Origin: an uncultured Planctomycetaceae bacterium
Lineage (GTDB): Bacteria > Planctomycetota > Planctomycetia > Pirellulales > UBA1268
Length of the DNA stretch: 64,000 nt
Direction of reading: 5' to 3'
NCBI GenBank assembly: GCA_903885565.1
Contig: CAISJI010000010.1
Span: 899 to 64,898 of the forward strand
Shown here: positions 40,326 to 50,429 of the stretch, piece after piece
Position numbering within the stretch: position 1 is the stretch's first letter
How the letters are laid out: every line of letters starts with the position of its first letter
Position numbers and translations under genes: made by a program
Notes under the pieces: generated by a model
Databases searched by the model: none
Told to the model about the DNA's origin: nothing
Seen by the model: only the letters and a program-made list of their open reading frames with translations

Positions 40326-43274
40326 ATGCCTTTCACACTCACTCCCCCCCTTCAGCCCCCGGCCACCCGCCTCCGCGGTGGCTGGCAATGGCTGGTCGCT
40401 CTTCTCCTCTGCGGCGGCGCTGGAGGCCGGGGAGAGGCAGTCGATCCGCCGGTGACGCCCGCGGCGGAAGCGCAGTTTGAGGCCCAGGTGCGCCCACTCC
40501 TGGTGAGTCGCTGTCAGGGGTGCCATGGTGCCACCAAGGCGGAGAGTGGGCTGCGACTCGACAGCCGCGCCAGCCTGCTCAAGGGGGATGATGCCGGGAG
40601 TATTGTCAGCGTGGGGGACCCAGCGGCCAGTCGGCTCTTGACCGCCATCCACCGCTCCGGCGACTCTCCCATGCCCCCCGATGAACCACTCTCCGCCGAG
40701 GAGGTGGCGATTCTCGAGGGCTGGGTCGCTGCGGGCCTTCCCTGGAGCGGCCCCGGGGCAGATGGCCAGCCAGCAGCGGCGGGTGTGGCGACCGATATGG
40801 AGCAGCGACTGCGCGAGGCGCTCGTGTCCCACTGGAGCTTTGCTGCTCCCCGGCGGCACGTTCCCCCGGAACTCAAGCCCGCTGCTGAAGTGAAACGCTG
40901 GATCTCCCCGCTCGACCGGTTTCTGGCGGCGGGAATCGCCGCAGCCGGTCTGGAGCCCTCCCCTGAAGCGAAGCCGGGCGAACTGGTACGGAGAGTTTGG
41001 TTTGATCTCACCGGCCTGCCCCCGCCTGCCGCAGAGGTCGACGCCTTCGGCGCCCTGCCGGAGGGGGAACGGGAAGCGGCTTACGCGGCGCTTGTGGAGC
41101 GGCTGCTCGCCGCCCCCGAACATGCCGAACACTGGGCGCGGAAATGGCTCGATCTGGCCCGCTATGCCGACACCTCCGGCTACGCGCTCGACAAGCAGGA
41201 CAATCGCTATCCATTCGCGTGGACCTATCGCGACTGGGTGGTGGGGGCTCTCGAGCGAGATCTGCCTTACGACCAGTTTGTAGTGCTGCAGTTGGCGGCC
41301 GATAGGCTCCAGCCCCCTGTGCCCTCCACCGATTTAGCGGCGCTGGGATTTCTCACCGTGGGGCGCACGTTTCTCGGCAACCAGCACGACATCATCGACG
41401 ATCGCATCGATCTGGTGACACGCGGCCTGATGGGGATCACCGTGGCATGTGCCCGCTGCCACGATCACAAATACGAGCCTGTCACCACCGCCGATTATTA
41501 TGCCCTCCACGGCATCTTTGCCAGCAGCCACATGCCGGGCGAACTGCCGGTGATTGCGACAGCCGCGCCGGGGCCCGAGGCGGCGGCGTATGCGGAAAAA
41601 CTCGCCGAGCTCAAAGCGGCGATTCCAGTCCACGAGGAGAATGTCCATCTCCGCGGCACACGCGCTGCGGTGAGCCATGCGGCCGACTATTTTTTCGAGT
41701 CGGCCCGCCCCTCTCCCCGCAAGCCCGACAACCGCCCGCCCCGTCTCGCCGATGGCTACGACCTGGCGCAGTTCCTGCTCGACCGCACCGCCCGGCTCGG
41801 TGAGGGGCGCGATGCCGCCGACCCGCTCCTGGGTCCCTGGATTGCCCTGCGCTCCAAGCCCGATGCCGAGATCGCCGCCGCGGTGACCACCCTCGTGGCA
41901 GCGTGGGGCGACGCTCCCCCGGCGGAAACCATCAATCCTCTGGTGCGCGACGAGATCCGCTCGGCTATGCCGACAACCCTGCGCGATGTGGCCGAGGCCT
42001 ATGCCCGGCTGGTGATGCGGGTCGCGCCCCCGTGGGCGGGTGGACCAGAGCCGCAGGCCAGCGACACGGCCGAACTGGTCGCCCTGCGGAAAGTGCTGGG
42101 GGAAGAGGGAACGACGCTGGTGGTGGCGCGGGCGGAAGCGATGCAATTGGCCACGATCAAGGAGGGGATTGAAAGCCGCCGGCTGCAGAAGGCTGTCACG
42201 CAGCACGAGGTGGAGGCTGCGGGAGGCCCCCAGCACGCGATGGTGTTGCTGGATACGAGCCCTCTGGTCGACAGCCCTATCTTGGTGCGGGGCAATCCCG
42301 GCCGGCCGGGCGAGGTCGTCGAACGCCGGCTGCCCAAGTTGCTCGGCGGCACACCGGCCGACAGGCAGGCCAGCGGGCGGCTGGAATTGGCCCGCGGTAT
42401 CGCCTCGGCCGACAACCCGCTCACGCCCAGGCTGATCGTCAACTGGGTGTGGACCCACCACTTCGGCCGCGGCCTCGTTGATACCACTGGCGATCTCGGC
42501 CTGCGCGGCGAGGCCCCCAGCCATCCCGAATTGCTCGATGATCTCTCCCGCCGGTTTGTCGAGGAGGGGCACTGGAGCCTGCGCTGGTTGCACCGGGAGA
42601 TCGTGACCAGCCGGGCATGGCGGCAGACCAGCGCCGTCAGCCCCGCTCTGGCCCAACGCGATCCCGACAACCAGTTCTATGCTCGCGCCAACCGGCGCCG
42701 GCTCGATTGGGAGGCCTGGCGCGACAGCCTGCTCGTGGCCGCCGGCACGCTCGATCTGACCCGTCGCGGCGGTCCCGGCATGAACCCGCTGGCAAAAACT
42801 TCGCTCCACCGCCGCACGCTCTACACCCGCCTCGACCGCCAGGATGTGCCTGGCATCCTGCGCACCTTCGATATCGCCAACCCCGACACCTCGGTCCATA
42901 CCCGCTCCCGAACGAGTGTGCCGCAGCAGTCGCTGGTGCTGCTCAATGCCCCGCTGACGCTGCATGCAGCAGCGGCCGCGGCCGCTCGCACCGAGCGGGA
43001 GGTCGGGCCCGACGCAGCCCCCGCTGCCCGCATAGAGCGCCTGTGGCGCGACTGCCTGTCGCGGAGCCCCACGCTCGGCGAACTCGCCGCGGCCACCGCC
43101 TGGATGGCCGCCGCCGGGAAAGAACCACTGGCCGACGACAGTCAGGCTGCTGGCGACAAACAGGTGGCTGCCGAGCAGCAGGTGGCTAGCGAAAAGGCCC
43201 CTGCCGAATTTGGCCCGTGGGAACAGCTGGCGCAGGCGCTGTTGGCCACGGCCGAATTTCAATTTATTGACTGA
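40326..43274 (+). CDS. Planctomycete cytochrome c + DUF1549 + DUF1553 protein 2
   Basis: CQGCHG, WLDLARYAD, CARCHDHKY, NPLTPR, SHPELLDDL, PQQSL. Confidence 0.92.
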   Translation: MPFTLTPPLQPPATRLRGGWQWLVALLLCGGAGGRGEAVDPPVTPAAEAQFEAQVRPLLVSRCQGCHGATKAESGLRLDSRASLLKGDDAGSIVSVGDPAASRLLTAIHRSGDSPMPPDEPLSAEEVAILEGWVAAGLPWSGPGADGQPAAAGVATDMEQRLREALVSHWSFAAPRRHVPPELKPAAEVKRWISPLDRFLAAGIAAAGLEPSPEAKPGELVRRVWFDLTGLPPPAAEVDAFGALPEGEREAAYAALVERLLAAPEHAEHWARKWLDLARYADTSGYALDKQDNRYPFAWTYRDWVVGALERDLPYDQFVVLQLAADRLQPPVPSTDLAALGFLTVGRTFLGNQHDIIDDRIDLVTRGLMGITVACARCHDHKYEPVTTADYYALHGIFASSHMPGELPVIATAAPGPEAAAYAEKLAELKAAIPVHEENVHLRGTRAAVSHAADYFFESARPSPRKPDNRPPRLADGYDLAQFLLDRTARLGEGRDAADPLLGPWIALRSKPDAEIAAAVTTLVAAWGDAPPAETINPLVRDEIRSAMPTTLRDVAEAYARLVMRVAPPWAGGPEPQASDTAELVALRKVLGEEGTTLVVARAEAMQLATIKEGIESRRLQKAVTQHEVEAAGGPQHAMVLLDTSPLVDSPILVRGNPGRPGEVVERRLPKLLGGTPADRQASGRLELARGIASADNPLTPRLIVNWVWTHHFGRGLVDTTGDLGLRGEAPSHPELLDDLSRRFVEEGHWSLRWLHREIVTSRAWRQTSAVSPALAQRDPDNQFYARANRRRLDWEAWRDSLLVAAGTLDLTRRGGPGMNPLAKTSLHRRTLYTRLDRQDVPGILRTFDIANPDTSVHTRSRTSVPQQSLVLLNAPLTLHAAAAAAARTEREVGPDAAPAARIERLWRDCLSRSPTLGELAAATAWMAAAGKEPLADDSQAAGDKQVAAEQQVASEKAPAEFGPWEQLAQALLATAEFQFID

Positions 43275-43317
43275 CTTCATCCGCTCTTGCCCCGACCACG
43301 ACTGCAGGATTGCTGGC

Positions 43318-44781
43318 ATGCCAGAATTTTTCCCTCACCACGCAGCTCGGCTCTCCCGCCGCGAGGCGCTGGCCCGCACCGGCATGGGGATGGGCTGGCT
43401 GGGAGCCGCCGCGCTGCTTGGGGCCGACGCCCACGCAGCCGGCACGCAGCCTGCCGCCAGCGCAGCCCCGGGGCTGGTGCCGCGGACACTTGAAGCGCGG
43501 CCGCCGCACTTTCCCGCGCGGGCCAGAGCTGTGATCCATCTGTTTGCCAACGGCGGCCCCAGCCATCTCGACACGTTTGATCGGAAAGTGGCGCTGGAAA
43601 AATATGCCGGGCAGGATGTGCCAGGCACCCTGCCGACGGAGCGGCGCACCGGTGCTGCCTTCCCCTCCCCGTTTGCTTTTTCCAGGCATGGCGAGAGTGG
43701 GCTGGAGGTAAGCGCGCTGTTTCCCTCGGTGGCACGGCATGCCGACAGGCTGCTGGTGGTGCGGTCGATGCACGCCGATGTGCCCAATCACGAGCCGTCG
43801 CTGATGCTGATGAACTGCGGCGATCCTCGGCTCGTGCGTCCTGCGGCCGGCGCCTGGGTGACATATGGCCTCGGCACAGAGAATCAGAATCTGCCCGGTT
43901 TCGTCTCCATGTGCCCCGGTGGATATCCGATTAAAGGCACCGAAAACTGGCGCAACGCCTTTCTGCCGGGGGCCTTCTCGGGCACCTATGTCGACACCAA
44001 AAAACGCCGTGTTGAGGAGCTTGTCGAACATATCCGCCATCCACTCCTTGCCCGGGAGGCCCAGCGCCGGCAGTTTGATCTCACCGCAGCGCTCGACAAG
44101 GGGCATCTCGACACCCGTCCCCACGACCCTCAACTGGAATCAAGGCTGGCCTCGATGGAATTGGCCTGGCGCATGCAGGCGGAGGCGGGGGAGGCCTTTG
44201 ATGTCTCGCGCGAGCCACAGCATGTGCGGGATCGCTACGGCGATGACGTGCAGGGGCGGCAGATGCTGATCGCCCGGCGACTCGTCGAGCGGGGCGTGCG
44301 GTATGTGCAGGTCTGGCATGGAGCGGGGCAGCCCTGGGACAGCCACGACGAGATCGAGAAGAACCACGGCCGCCTGGCGGGGGAATGCGATCGGGCGATC
44401 GGCGCCCTCCTGGATGATCTGGTCGGCCTGGGGCTCCTCGAGAGCACGCTGGTGATCTGGGGAGGGGAATTTGGCCGCACCCCGACGGTGGAACTGCCGA
44501 TGGCGGGCACTGATGTAAAGCAGGTCTCGGGGCGCGACCACAACCACCATGGGTTCACGATGTGGCTGGCTGGGGGGGGCGTGAAGGGGGGCGCGGTCTA
44601 TGGCGCCACCGACGAACTCGGCTTCAAGGCGGTGGAGAAGCCGGTGCATGTGCACGATCTCCAAGCCACCACTCTGCACCTGCTCGGGCTCGACCACACC
44701 CGCCTCACCTACCGCCATAGTGGCCGCGACTTCCGCCTCACCGATGTGCATGGGCGAGTGATCACCGACTGGCTGGCCTAA
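43318..44781 (+). CDS. DUF1501 protein 2
   Basis: SRREAL, GGPSHLDTFD, WDSH, GEFGRTP, GRDHN. Confidence 0.93.
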   Translation: MPEFFPHHAARLSRREALARTGMGMGWLGAAALLGADAHAAGTQPAASAAPGLVPRTLEARPPHFPARARAVIHLFANGGPSHLDTFDRKVALEKYAGQDVPGTLPTERRTGAAFPSPFAFSRHGESGLEVSALFPSVARHADRLLVVRSMHADVPNHEPSLMLMNCGDPRLVRPAAGAWVTYGLGTENQNLPGFVSMCPGGYPIKGTENWRNAFLPGAFSGTYVDTKKRRVEELVEHIRHPLLAREAQRRQFDLTAALDKGHLDTRPHDPQLESRLASMELAWRMQAEAGEAFDVSREPQHVRDRYGDDVQGRQMLIARRLVERGVRYVQVWHGAGQPWDSHDEIEKNHGRLAGECDRAIGALLDDLVGLGLLESTLVIWGGEFGRTPTVELPMAGTDVKQVSGRDHNHHGFTMWLAGGGVKGGAVYGATDELGFKAVEKPVHVHDLQATTLHLLGLDHTRLTYRHSGRDFRLTDVHGRVITDWLA

Positions 44782-44834
44782 ACGCCCCCGCTGGGCATCG
44801 GTTCTGTGTTTCTTTCCTCCGGCTGCCATCGCTC

Positions 44835-45419
44835 ATGCCTCGTCCGCCGATTCCCTCTGGCCCCCGACGCCCCCGAATCCCCCCGCCACCCCGCGGGCTG
44901 CCGAAGCAGTTGCGCCCCTGGTGGCTGGTGCTGGCGCTGGTGATTCCAGCAGTGACAGCCACGGTGCAAACCTGTCAGCTCAAGCGCCTCGATCAGGCCG
45001 GAAGGCCACAGTGGCTGGTGCGGACGATTCACGATGGCGACACCGTCACCTGCACCGACGCCAAGGGGGAGGCCCATCGCATTCGGTTGGTGGGAATCGA
45101 TGCTCCCGAATTCCATCAGTCGTATGGCCCCGAATCGACCGCCGCTCTGCAGGAGAAGCTGGGGAGGCGCATGGTGGGGATCGAGGGTGGCGCTCTCGAC
45201 CAATATGGGAGGGTGCTGGCCACGCTCTGGATCGACCAACGCAATATCAACCGCGAGATGGTGGCGGAAGGGCATGCCTGGGTGTTTGGCAGGTTTGCCC
45301 CCGATGCCGATCTGGTTCAGGCCGAGTCGGAGGCCCGGAAATCCCACCGCGGGCTCTGGGCCGACCCCCAGGCCGTCAATCCCTCCCAGTGGCGCGACAG
45401 CCGCCCACCCCAGCCATGA
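44835..45419 (+). CDS. Thermonuclease (SNase) family, membrane anchored
   Basis: HDGDT, RLVGIDAPE, DQYGRVLA, GLW. Confidence 0.9.
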   Translation: MPRPPIPSGPRRPRIPPPPRGLPKQLRPWWLVLALVIPAVTATVQTCQLKRLDQAGRPQWLVRTIHDGDTVTCTDAKGEAHRIRLVGIDAPEFHQSYGPESTAALQEKLGRRMVGIEGGALDQYGRVLATLWIDQRNINREMVAEGHAWVFGRFAPDADLVQAESEARKSHRGLWADPQAVNPSQWRDSRPPQP

Positions 45420-45437
45420 CGAGCACGACCGACACGG

Positions 45438-45576
45438 CTAGCAGGCTGTGGAAAAAGTCCTGCAATCCTGGATGCGATGCCCGTCGCCTGTGGAAAACCT
45501 CAGCTTTTTCACCGGTCGACTGCGTGGGCTGTCTTCCTTCCAGAGGGGCCATGGATGTTGTTCCACAGCCAGCCAG
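45438..45576 (+). mobile_element. MITE family A copy 4
   Basis: CTAG|CAGGCTGTGGAAAAA...TTCCACAGCCAG|CCAG. Confidence 0.85.
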
Positions 45577-45669
45577 AATGGACGGCTGGAACGACCACGT
45601 CGCGGCAAATAGCAGGCCAGCCGGCCGTTCCCCTACCAGCTTGGCAGCGATTGGTTTAGGGTGCTGTGC

Positions 45670-46938
45670 ATGAGCGGCAAGCGTGAAGTGGTCATTACCG
45701 GCGTGGGAGTGGTCAGTCCCATCGGCATCGGCGGCGATGCCATGTGGGCGTCGCTGGCCGCCGGGATCAGCGGCATCCGCCTGATCGACCTGTTTGACGC
45801 CAGTTCGCTCAGTGTTCGGTTCGGCGGCCAGATCCCCGACTTCGATCCCAAGCTCTACGTGCGGCCCCGCAAGAGCCTGAAGGTGATGAGCCGGGAGATT
45901 CAGCTCGGCTTCGCCGCCGCCGATCTGGCGATGAGCGATGCCGGCTTGGTGGCCGGCAGCGTCGATCCCGAGCGCTTTGGCGTGGTCTTCGGCGGGGACA
46001 TGATCTACGCCGATCTGGAGGATCTGGAGAGCACATACCGCCGCAGCATTGCCGGCGGCAGCTTCGATTTTCGCCAGTGGTCTGAGGCGATTCACGAAGA
46101 GCTCCATCCGCTCTGGCTGCTCAAGCACCTTCCCAACATGACCGCCTCGCACATCGCCATCGCGCATGATGCCCGAGGCCCCAACAATTCGATCGTGCTG
46201 GGAGATGTTTCCGGACTGCTGGCGATTGCTGAAGCGATGAGCGTGATCCAGCGCGGCTGGGCGGATGTCATGCTCACCGGGGGCACCGCCTGCCGGCTCC
46301 ATCCGACGGCGCTGGTGGCCCGTGGTGATGCCCTCCTTTCCCACCGTACCGACGACTGCCGGCGTGCCAGCCGACCGTTCGATCTCCACCGTGATGGTTT
46401 GGTCAACGGCGAGGGGGCAGGCGTGCTGGTCATTGAAGCGCGGGAGCATGCCCTCGCTCGACAGGCGCGCATCAGGGGGCGGCTGCTGGGGGCAGCATCA
46501 CGCTGCGAATCGCGGGCCCGCCGCCATGGTCTCACCGGCTCGTCCCTGAGGCAGGCGATCCAGGCGGTGCTCGCCTCCACCGGCCTTGCTCCCGGCGACA
46601 TCGGCCATGTGAATGCCCACGGCGCAAGTACGGTGGAGATGGACCGGGCCGAAGCGGGGGCAATAGCCGCTGAGCTCGGGAATGTACCGGTCACCGCCCC
46701 CAAGAGCTACTTTGGCCACCTGGGCGCCGCCAGCGGAACGGTGGAACTGGTGGCGAGCATTTTGGGGCTGGAGCGGGAGTTGGTGCCGCACACCCTCAAC
46801 TACGAAACTCCCGATCCGCTCTGCCCTGTGGAGGTGGTGCGCGGCGAACCGTTGGCCCGCCGGCCTCCCACCGCGGTGGCGGTCAACCTCTGCTCCACCG
46901 GTCAGGCGGCTGCAGTGGCCATCGCTGCGGAGGAGTGA
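45670..46938 (+). CDS. Beta-ketoacyl-ACP synthase II-like protein lacking the catalytic Cys
   Basis: VVITGVGVVSPIG, PNM, GPNNSIVLGDVSG, RPFD..RDG, GEGAG, NAHG, KSYFGH. Confidence 0.88.
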   Translation: MSGKREVVITGVGVVSPIGIGGDAMWASLAAGISGIRLIDLFDASSLSVRFGGQIPDFDPKLYVRPRKSLKVMSREIQLGFAAADLAMSDAGLVAGSVDPERFGVVFGGDMIYADLEDLESTYRRSIAGGSFDFRQWSEAIHEELHPLWLLKHLPNMTASHIAIAHDARGPNNSIVLGDVSGLLAIAEAMSVIQRGWADVMLTGGTACRLHPTALVARGDALLSHRTDDCRRASRPFDLHRDGLVNGEGAGVLVIEAREHALARQARIRGRLLGAASRCESRARRHGLTGSSLRQAIQAVLASTGLAPGDIGHVNAHGASTVEMDRAEAGAIAAELGNVPVTAPKSYFGHLGAASGTVELVASILGLERELVPHTLNYETPDPLCPVEVVRGEPLARRPPTAVAVNLCSTGQAAAVAIAAEE

Positions 46939-46957
46939 GTGCCCGAGTGTGGACTGC

Positions 46958-48367
46958 TCACCACGACCCCTCGCAGCCGAATGAAAAACCGCTGTAGAAG
47001 ATCTGGCCGCCGGCATCGATCGGATTGATCCGGCGATTGTCGAGATTGAGCTGGCGGGTGGCGGTGGAAATGCCAGCCACCCAGAGCATGTCATAGCCGG
47101 CCTTCACAGTGAAGTTTGGCGTGACGTTCCAGCCGAGCATGAGCGTCAGATCGCTGACGGCTCCCGGGGCAAACTCTGAATTGGCACTCGTGCGGTTGAC
47201 CGACCCGGTGGGATAGAGGCTCCCCTCGATGTTGTTCACCGACACAGTCGACTGCTGGTTGGCGTCATAGGCCATCGATGGAGTCACCTTGCCACGCAGG
47301 CCCCAGTAGTAGAACTCGTTCTGGCTGAGCAGCTCGGCGCCAAACGTGACGCCCCAGAGCCAGTTCTGCGTCTGAATGTCGTAGTCGCCGCCGAACGTCG
47401 TTACCGGCACGTCGGCGGTGCGGCTGTAGAAGGAGAAGATCTCGTTCACGTTGGCCACGCGGGTGCCGAGAATCAGGGTGGGGAGGAAACCGCGCTCGGC
47501 GTGCTTCGTCCAGCCCCCATTGGGTGACATCACCATCTGGTCGCGGCCCAGGCGGCGGTGGAGCTTGTAGTTGATCTCCATGCTGTTGAAGACCGAGTTG
47601 AGCGTGGTGAAATACGATCCGGCCCCGGCGAACCCGGGAAGGTCTTTCGCCAGTGGCGTGATCAACGGTTTGCCGGAGACGGAGTTCCAGCCGTCCTTTT
47701 GATAAAACGACATGCCGCCGTAGTAGGTGTATTCCAAGGCCCGGTCGCGGTCGAGGTAGTCGCGATCGAGATACTCGCCGACTGTGAATCGCGCTGCCGG
47801 GGCCAGATCGAACGGAATGGCCGCTGTCGAGAAGGCCCCCTGGAAATGGTTCGGTTTCGGATCGGGCACGTAGTCGATGCTGTATCCCAGCAGGCGGCGG
47901 TGGTTGCGGCCCATGTTGAACATGATGAACTCCGCCGAGCCATACATGCGACCGGAGGAGAACCAATCCCCTGAACTGGCCTCGTAGGGCATCTCATCGA
48001 GTTCCAACTCGTCGACCCGCATGCCGTCGGAAGCCCGGGCCGAAACATCGAACAGCTCGGCGGGACCGCGATCGAAAAAGCCCACGTCATCATTCTCCAC
48101 CGTCATCACCGAGCGCGGCCGGGGCGCATCCGCTTCAGGCGTTGGCAATAGCAGCGCATCGACGGCGTCCTCGATCTCCCGGTCGACCGGTTGCGTCTTT
48201 TCTTCGGCGGCGGCCTCCTCGGCAGCGGTCGCCAGATTGATCCCAGGCAGGAGAATGGAGGCACCCTCGTCGGGTGTGGCGGCCGGGCTGGCACTGCCTG
48301 CCAGACACGCCAAGGCCACAAGCAGGCCGCAGCCAACTCGTCTGCTGTATTGAAAGGGTTTATTCAC
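46958..48367 (-). CDS. Outer-membrane beta-barrel protein (BBP7-like)
   Basis: Signal peptide, amphipathic strands, KAGYDMLWVAGI, terminal GFSFGCEGSW. Confidence 0.7.
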   Translation of the reverse strand: MNKPFQYSRRVGCGLLVALACLAGSASPAATPDEGASILLPGINLATAAEEAAAEEKTQPVDREIEDAVDALLLPTPEADAPRPRSVMTVENDDVGFFDRGPAELFDVSARASDGMRVDELELDEMPYEASSGDWFSSGRMYGSAEFIMFNMGRNHRRLLGYSIDYVPDPKPNHFQGAFSTAAIPFDLAPAARFTVGEYLDRDYLDRDRALEYTYYGGMSFYQKDGWNSVSGKPLITPLAKDLPGFAGAGSYFTTLNSVFNSMEINYKLHRRLGRDQMVMSPNGGWTKHAERGFLPTLILGTRVANVNEIFSFYSRTADVPVTTFGGDYDIQTQNWLWGVTFGAELLSQNEFYYWGLRGKVTPSMAYDANQQSTVSVNNIEGSLYPTGSVNRTSANSEFAPGAVSDLTLMLGWNVTPNFTVKAGYDMLWVAGISTATRQLNLDNRRINPIDAGGQIFYSGFSFGCEGSW

Positions 48368-48435
48368 CGCAAGACCCCGTTCTTCCGTGGGGATGGCAGA
48401 ACCTATCCGTGATCCAGACGGAAGAGTTCATCGTC

Positions 48436-48480
48436 ATCGGCAGAATCGATTCCGCAGGGAAAATCGGCAGAATCGGCATA
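48436..48480. repeat. 9-bp-period ATCGGCAGA repeats upstream of the barrel gene
   Basis: Units at 48436, 48445 (degenerate), 48463, 48472 in exact register. Confidence 0.5.
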
Positions 48481-48641
48481 ACGGCCCGCACATTGCCCAG
48501 ATTAACGGCTGCCTGCCCGCCCCGGCCGGCTCACACTGCCTCACCTTCGCTACAAATCCACCTTGCCGCCGCAGGCTGAAGACTCACCCGGCGGTCTATC
48601 GATGAAGGAGGTGGGGCGGGTTCCGCTCCCCGGAGGCATCG

Positions 48642-48926
48642 ATGCACTTCAAGCGACCGCAGATTCTCCTCACCGGGCTGTTGCTCTTTTTTGCCGGGGT
48701 GCAGTTTCGGCTGGTGGAGTCGTTCACGCTGAGCGAGAAGTCGACCCACGTCATCTCGGCGCAGATGGGGGACCGTGGTGGGGCGCTCCAAAGCCTCTGG
48801 CAGGCGGGAGGCCAGCGGAAAACGATTCAGCCGCCGCGCTGGTTGGGGCTGGCCCTGATGTCGGTCGGCTCCGTGCTGACGCTCAAGAGCCTGTCGATGA
48901 AGGGCTCCGGCAGCAGCGATCGCTGA
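48642..48926 (+). CDS. Small two-TM membrane protein
   Basis: GGAGG RBS; TM-VESFTL-loop-PPRW-TM. Confidence 0.7.
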   Translation: MHFKRPQILLTGLLLFFAGVQFRLVESFTLSEKSTHVISAQMGDRGGALQSLWQAGGQRKTIQPPRWLGLALMSVGSVLTLKSLSMKGSGSSDR

Positions 48927-48944
48927 CCGTTCCGGCAGCGCGGT

Positions 48945-50360
48945 CTAGTCGTGAATCCCCACGAGGTCGGCTGGGAGTTCCGTTATGTCGAGCGCCTGTT
49001 CCTTGGCCAGCAGGCTCTCCAGCCGATCCATCTGATCAGACCGCTCGGCCGCCAGATCGGTCGTTTCAAACGGATCGCTTGCAAGATCGTAGAGCTCAGG
49101 AGTTTCACGGCCGCCGGGAGCGATCAACTTCCAGCTGCCATCGATTAGCGTCGCCCCCTTTTTCTTGGCGATATAGATCGGCTTCGGGCGGGGGGCAGGG
49201 CCGGGCCCGGCCAAGGCATCCCAGCGATCGACGCCGTCCCAGGCGATCTCTGCCGGGGGAATGTAGCCGGTAAGGCGGGCCAGCGTGGGAAACCAGTCGA
49301 CGGCATGCATTGCCGCCTCCATCTTCCGTGGGGCGAGCACGCCGGGCCAGTTGGCGAAGGCGCAGACGCGAATGCCCCCTTCGTAGAACTGATTCTTCTG
49401 CCCCCGTAGCGGTGCATTTTCGCTGTTGAGGGGTGAGTCGGCCACGGTGCCCTCATAGCCATTCTTGAGCGATTCAGTTCCGCCGTTGTCACTGGTGAAG
49501 ATGATCAGCGTGTTGGTGCGCTGGCCGGTTGTTTCAAGCGCCGAGAGAAAAGCGCCAATCTTGGCATCGAGTTGCGACACCATCGCCGCCATGCGCAGCC
49601 GGGAATCCTGCCGGGCCGGGTCGGCATCAAACACCACCCCGTCGTAGAGCTTTTTGTATTCCGGCGGAGCGTCGACCGGCGTATGCACCGCATGAAACGG
49701 CACATACACAAACCAGGGCACGCGGCGCCCTGCGGCATCGGTGCGGCCGCTGGTGATTTGCTTCAGAGCCTCGGCCGCCACCAGCTCGGTCGCATTACCC
49801 GGCTCCTGAAAAAAGTTCAGATCGCGGTGCCAGGTGTCTTTGTAAGGAGACTTGGAGCGATAGAGGTGGGTCCAGGGATCGGCGGCGCCTGTAAGGCTGC
49901 CGTAGCTGTGGTCGAAGCCGTAGTGGTTGGGGCCCCATTGCGGCTTCGCGCCCAGATGCCACTTGCCGCAGAGAGAGGTTTCGTAGCCGAGCGAGCGGAG
50001 GGCACTGGCGAGCGTGGGGGTGCCCGGGGCAAGAGCGCGGAGGTTGCTCGGCGCCAGGGCCTGCGGGCCAAACCGGCCCGGATAGCGGCCGCTGAGCAGC
50101 GCCGTGCGGGTCGGGGTGCAGACCGGCTGCACATAGTGGCGGTCGAGTTCCACCCCCTCCGCCACGAGCCGATCCATCACCGGCGTCTGGGCAAAGCCCC
50201 GATGCCAGCCGACATCTGCCCAGCCGAGATCGTCGGCGACGATGAGCAGGATATTGGGCCGCTGGGGAGCCGGAGGAGCCGCCTGCAGAACCGGCCCGCT
50301 GAGCCAGAGAGTTGCCAGCAAGGTGATCCTGAGGAACAGGCTAACAGTGTGGGTGCGCAT
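48945..50360 (-). CDS. Arylsulfatase (Cys-type formylglycine)
   Basis: PNILLIVADDLG, CTPTR, GKWHLG, SDNG, YEGG. Confidence 0.95.
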   Translation of the reverse strand: MRTHTVSLFLRITLLATLWLSGPVLQAAPPAPQRPNILLIVADDLGWADVGWHRGFAQTPVMDRLVAEGVELDRHYVQPVCTPTRTALLSGRYPGRFGPQALAPSNLRALAPGTPTLASALRSLGYETSLCGKWHLGAKPQWGPNHYGFDHSYGSLTGAADPWTHLYRSKSPYKDTWHRDLNFFQEPGNATELVAAEALKQITSGRTDAAGRRVPWFVYVPFHAVHTPVDAPPEYKKLYDGVVFDADPARQDSRLRMAAMVSQLDAKIGAFLSALETTGQRTNTLIIFTSDNGGTESLKNGYEGTVADSPLNSENAPLRGQKNQFYEGGIRVCAFANWPGVLAPRKMEAAMHAVDWFPTLARLTGYIPPAEIAWDGVDRWDALAGPGPAPRPKPIYIAKKKGATLIDGSWKLIAPGGRETPELYDLASDPFETTDLAAERSDQMDRLESLLAKEQALDITELPADLVGIHD

Positions 50361-50429
50361 CGGCAGAGATTCCAGAAAGAGAGTGAACAAGCGGCAGGAA
50401 GACTACGGACCGAAACAGCGCTGAGGGGA

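Noticed and set aside
43143-43196. Three degenerate 18-bp tandem units (QAAGDK/QVAAEQ/QVASEK)
   Set aside because: Simple linker expansion near a protein C-terminus.
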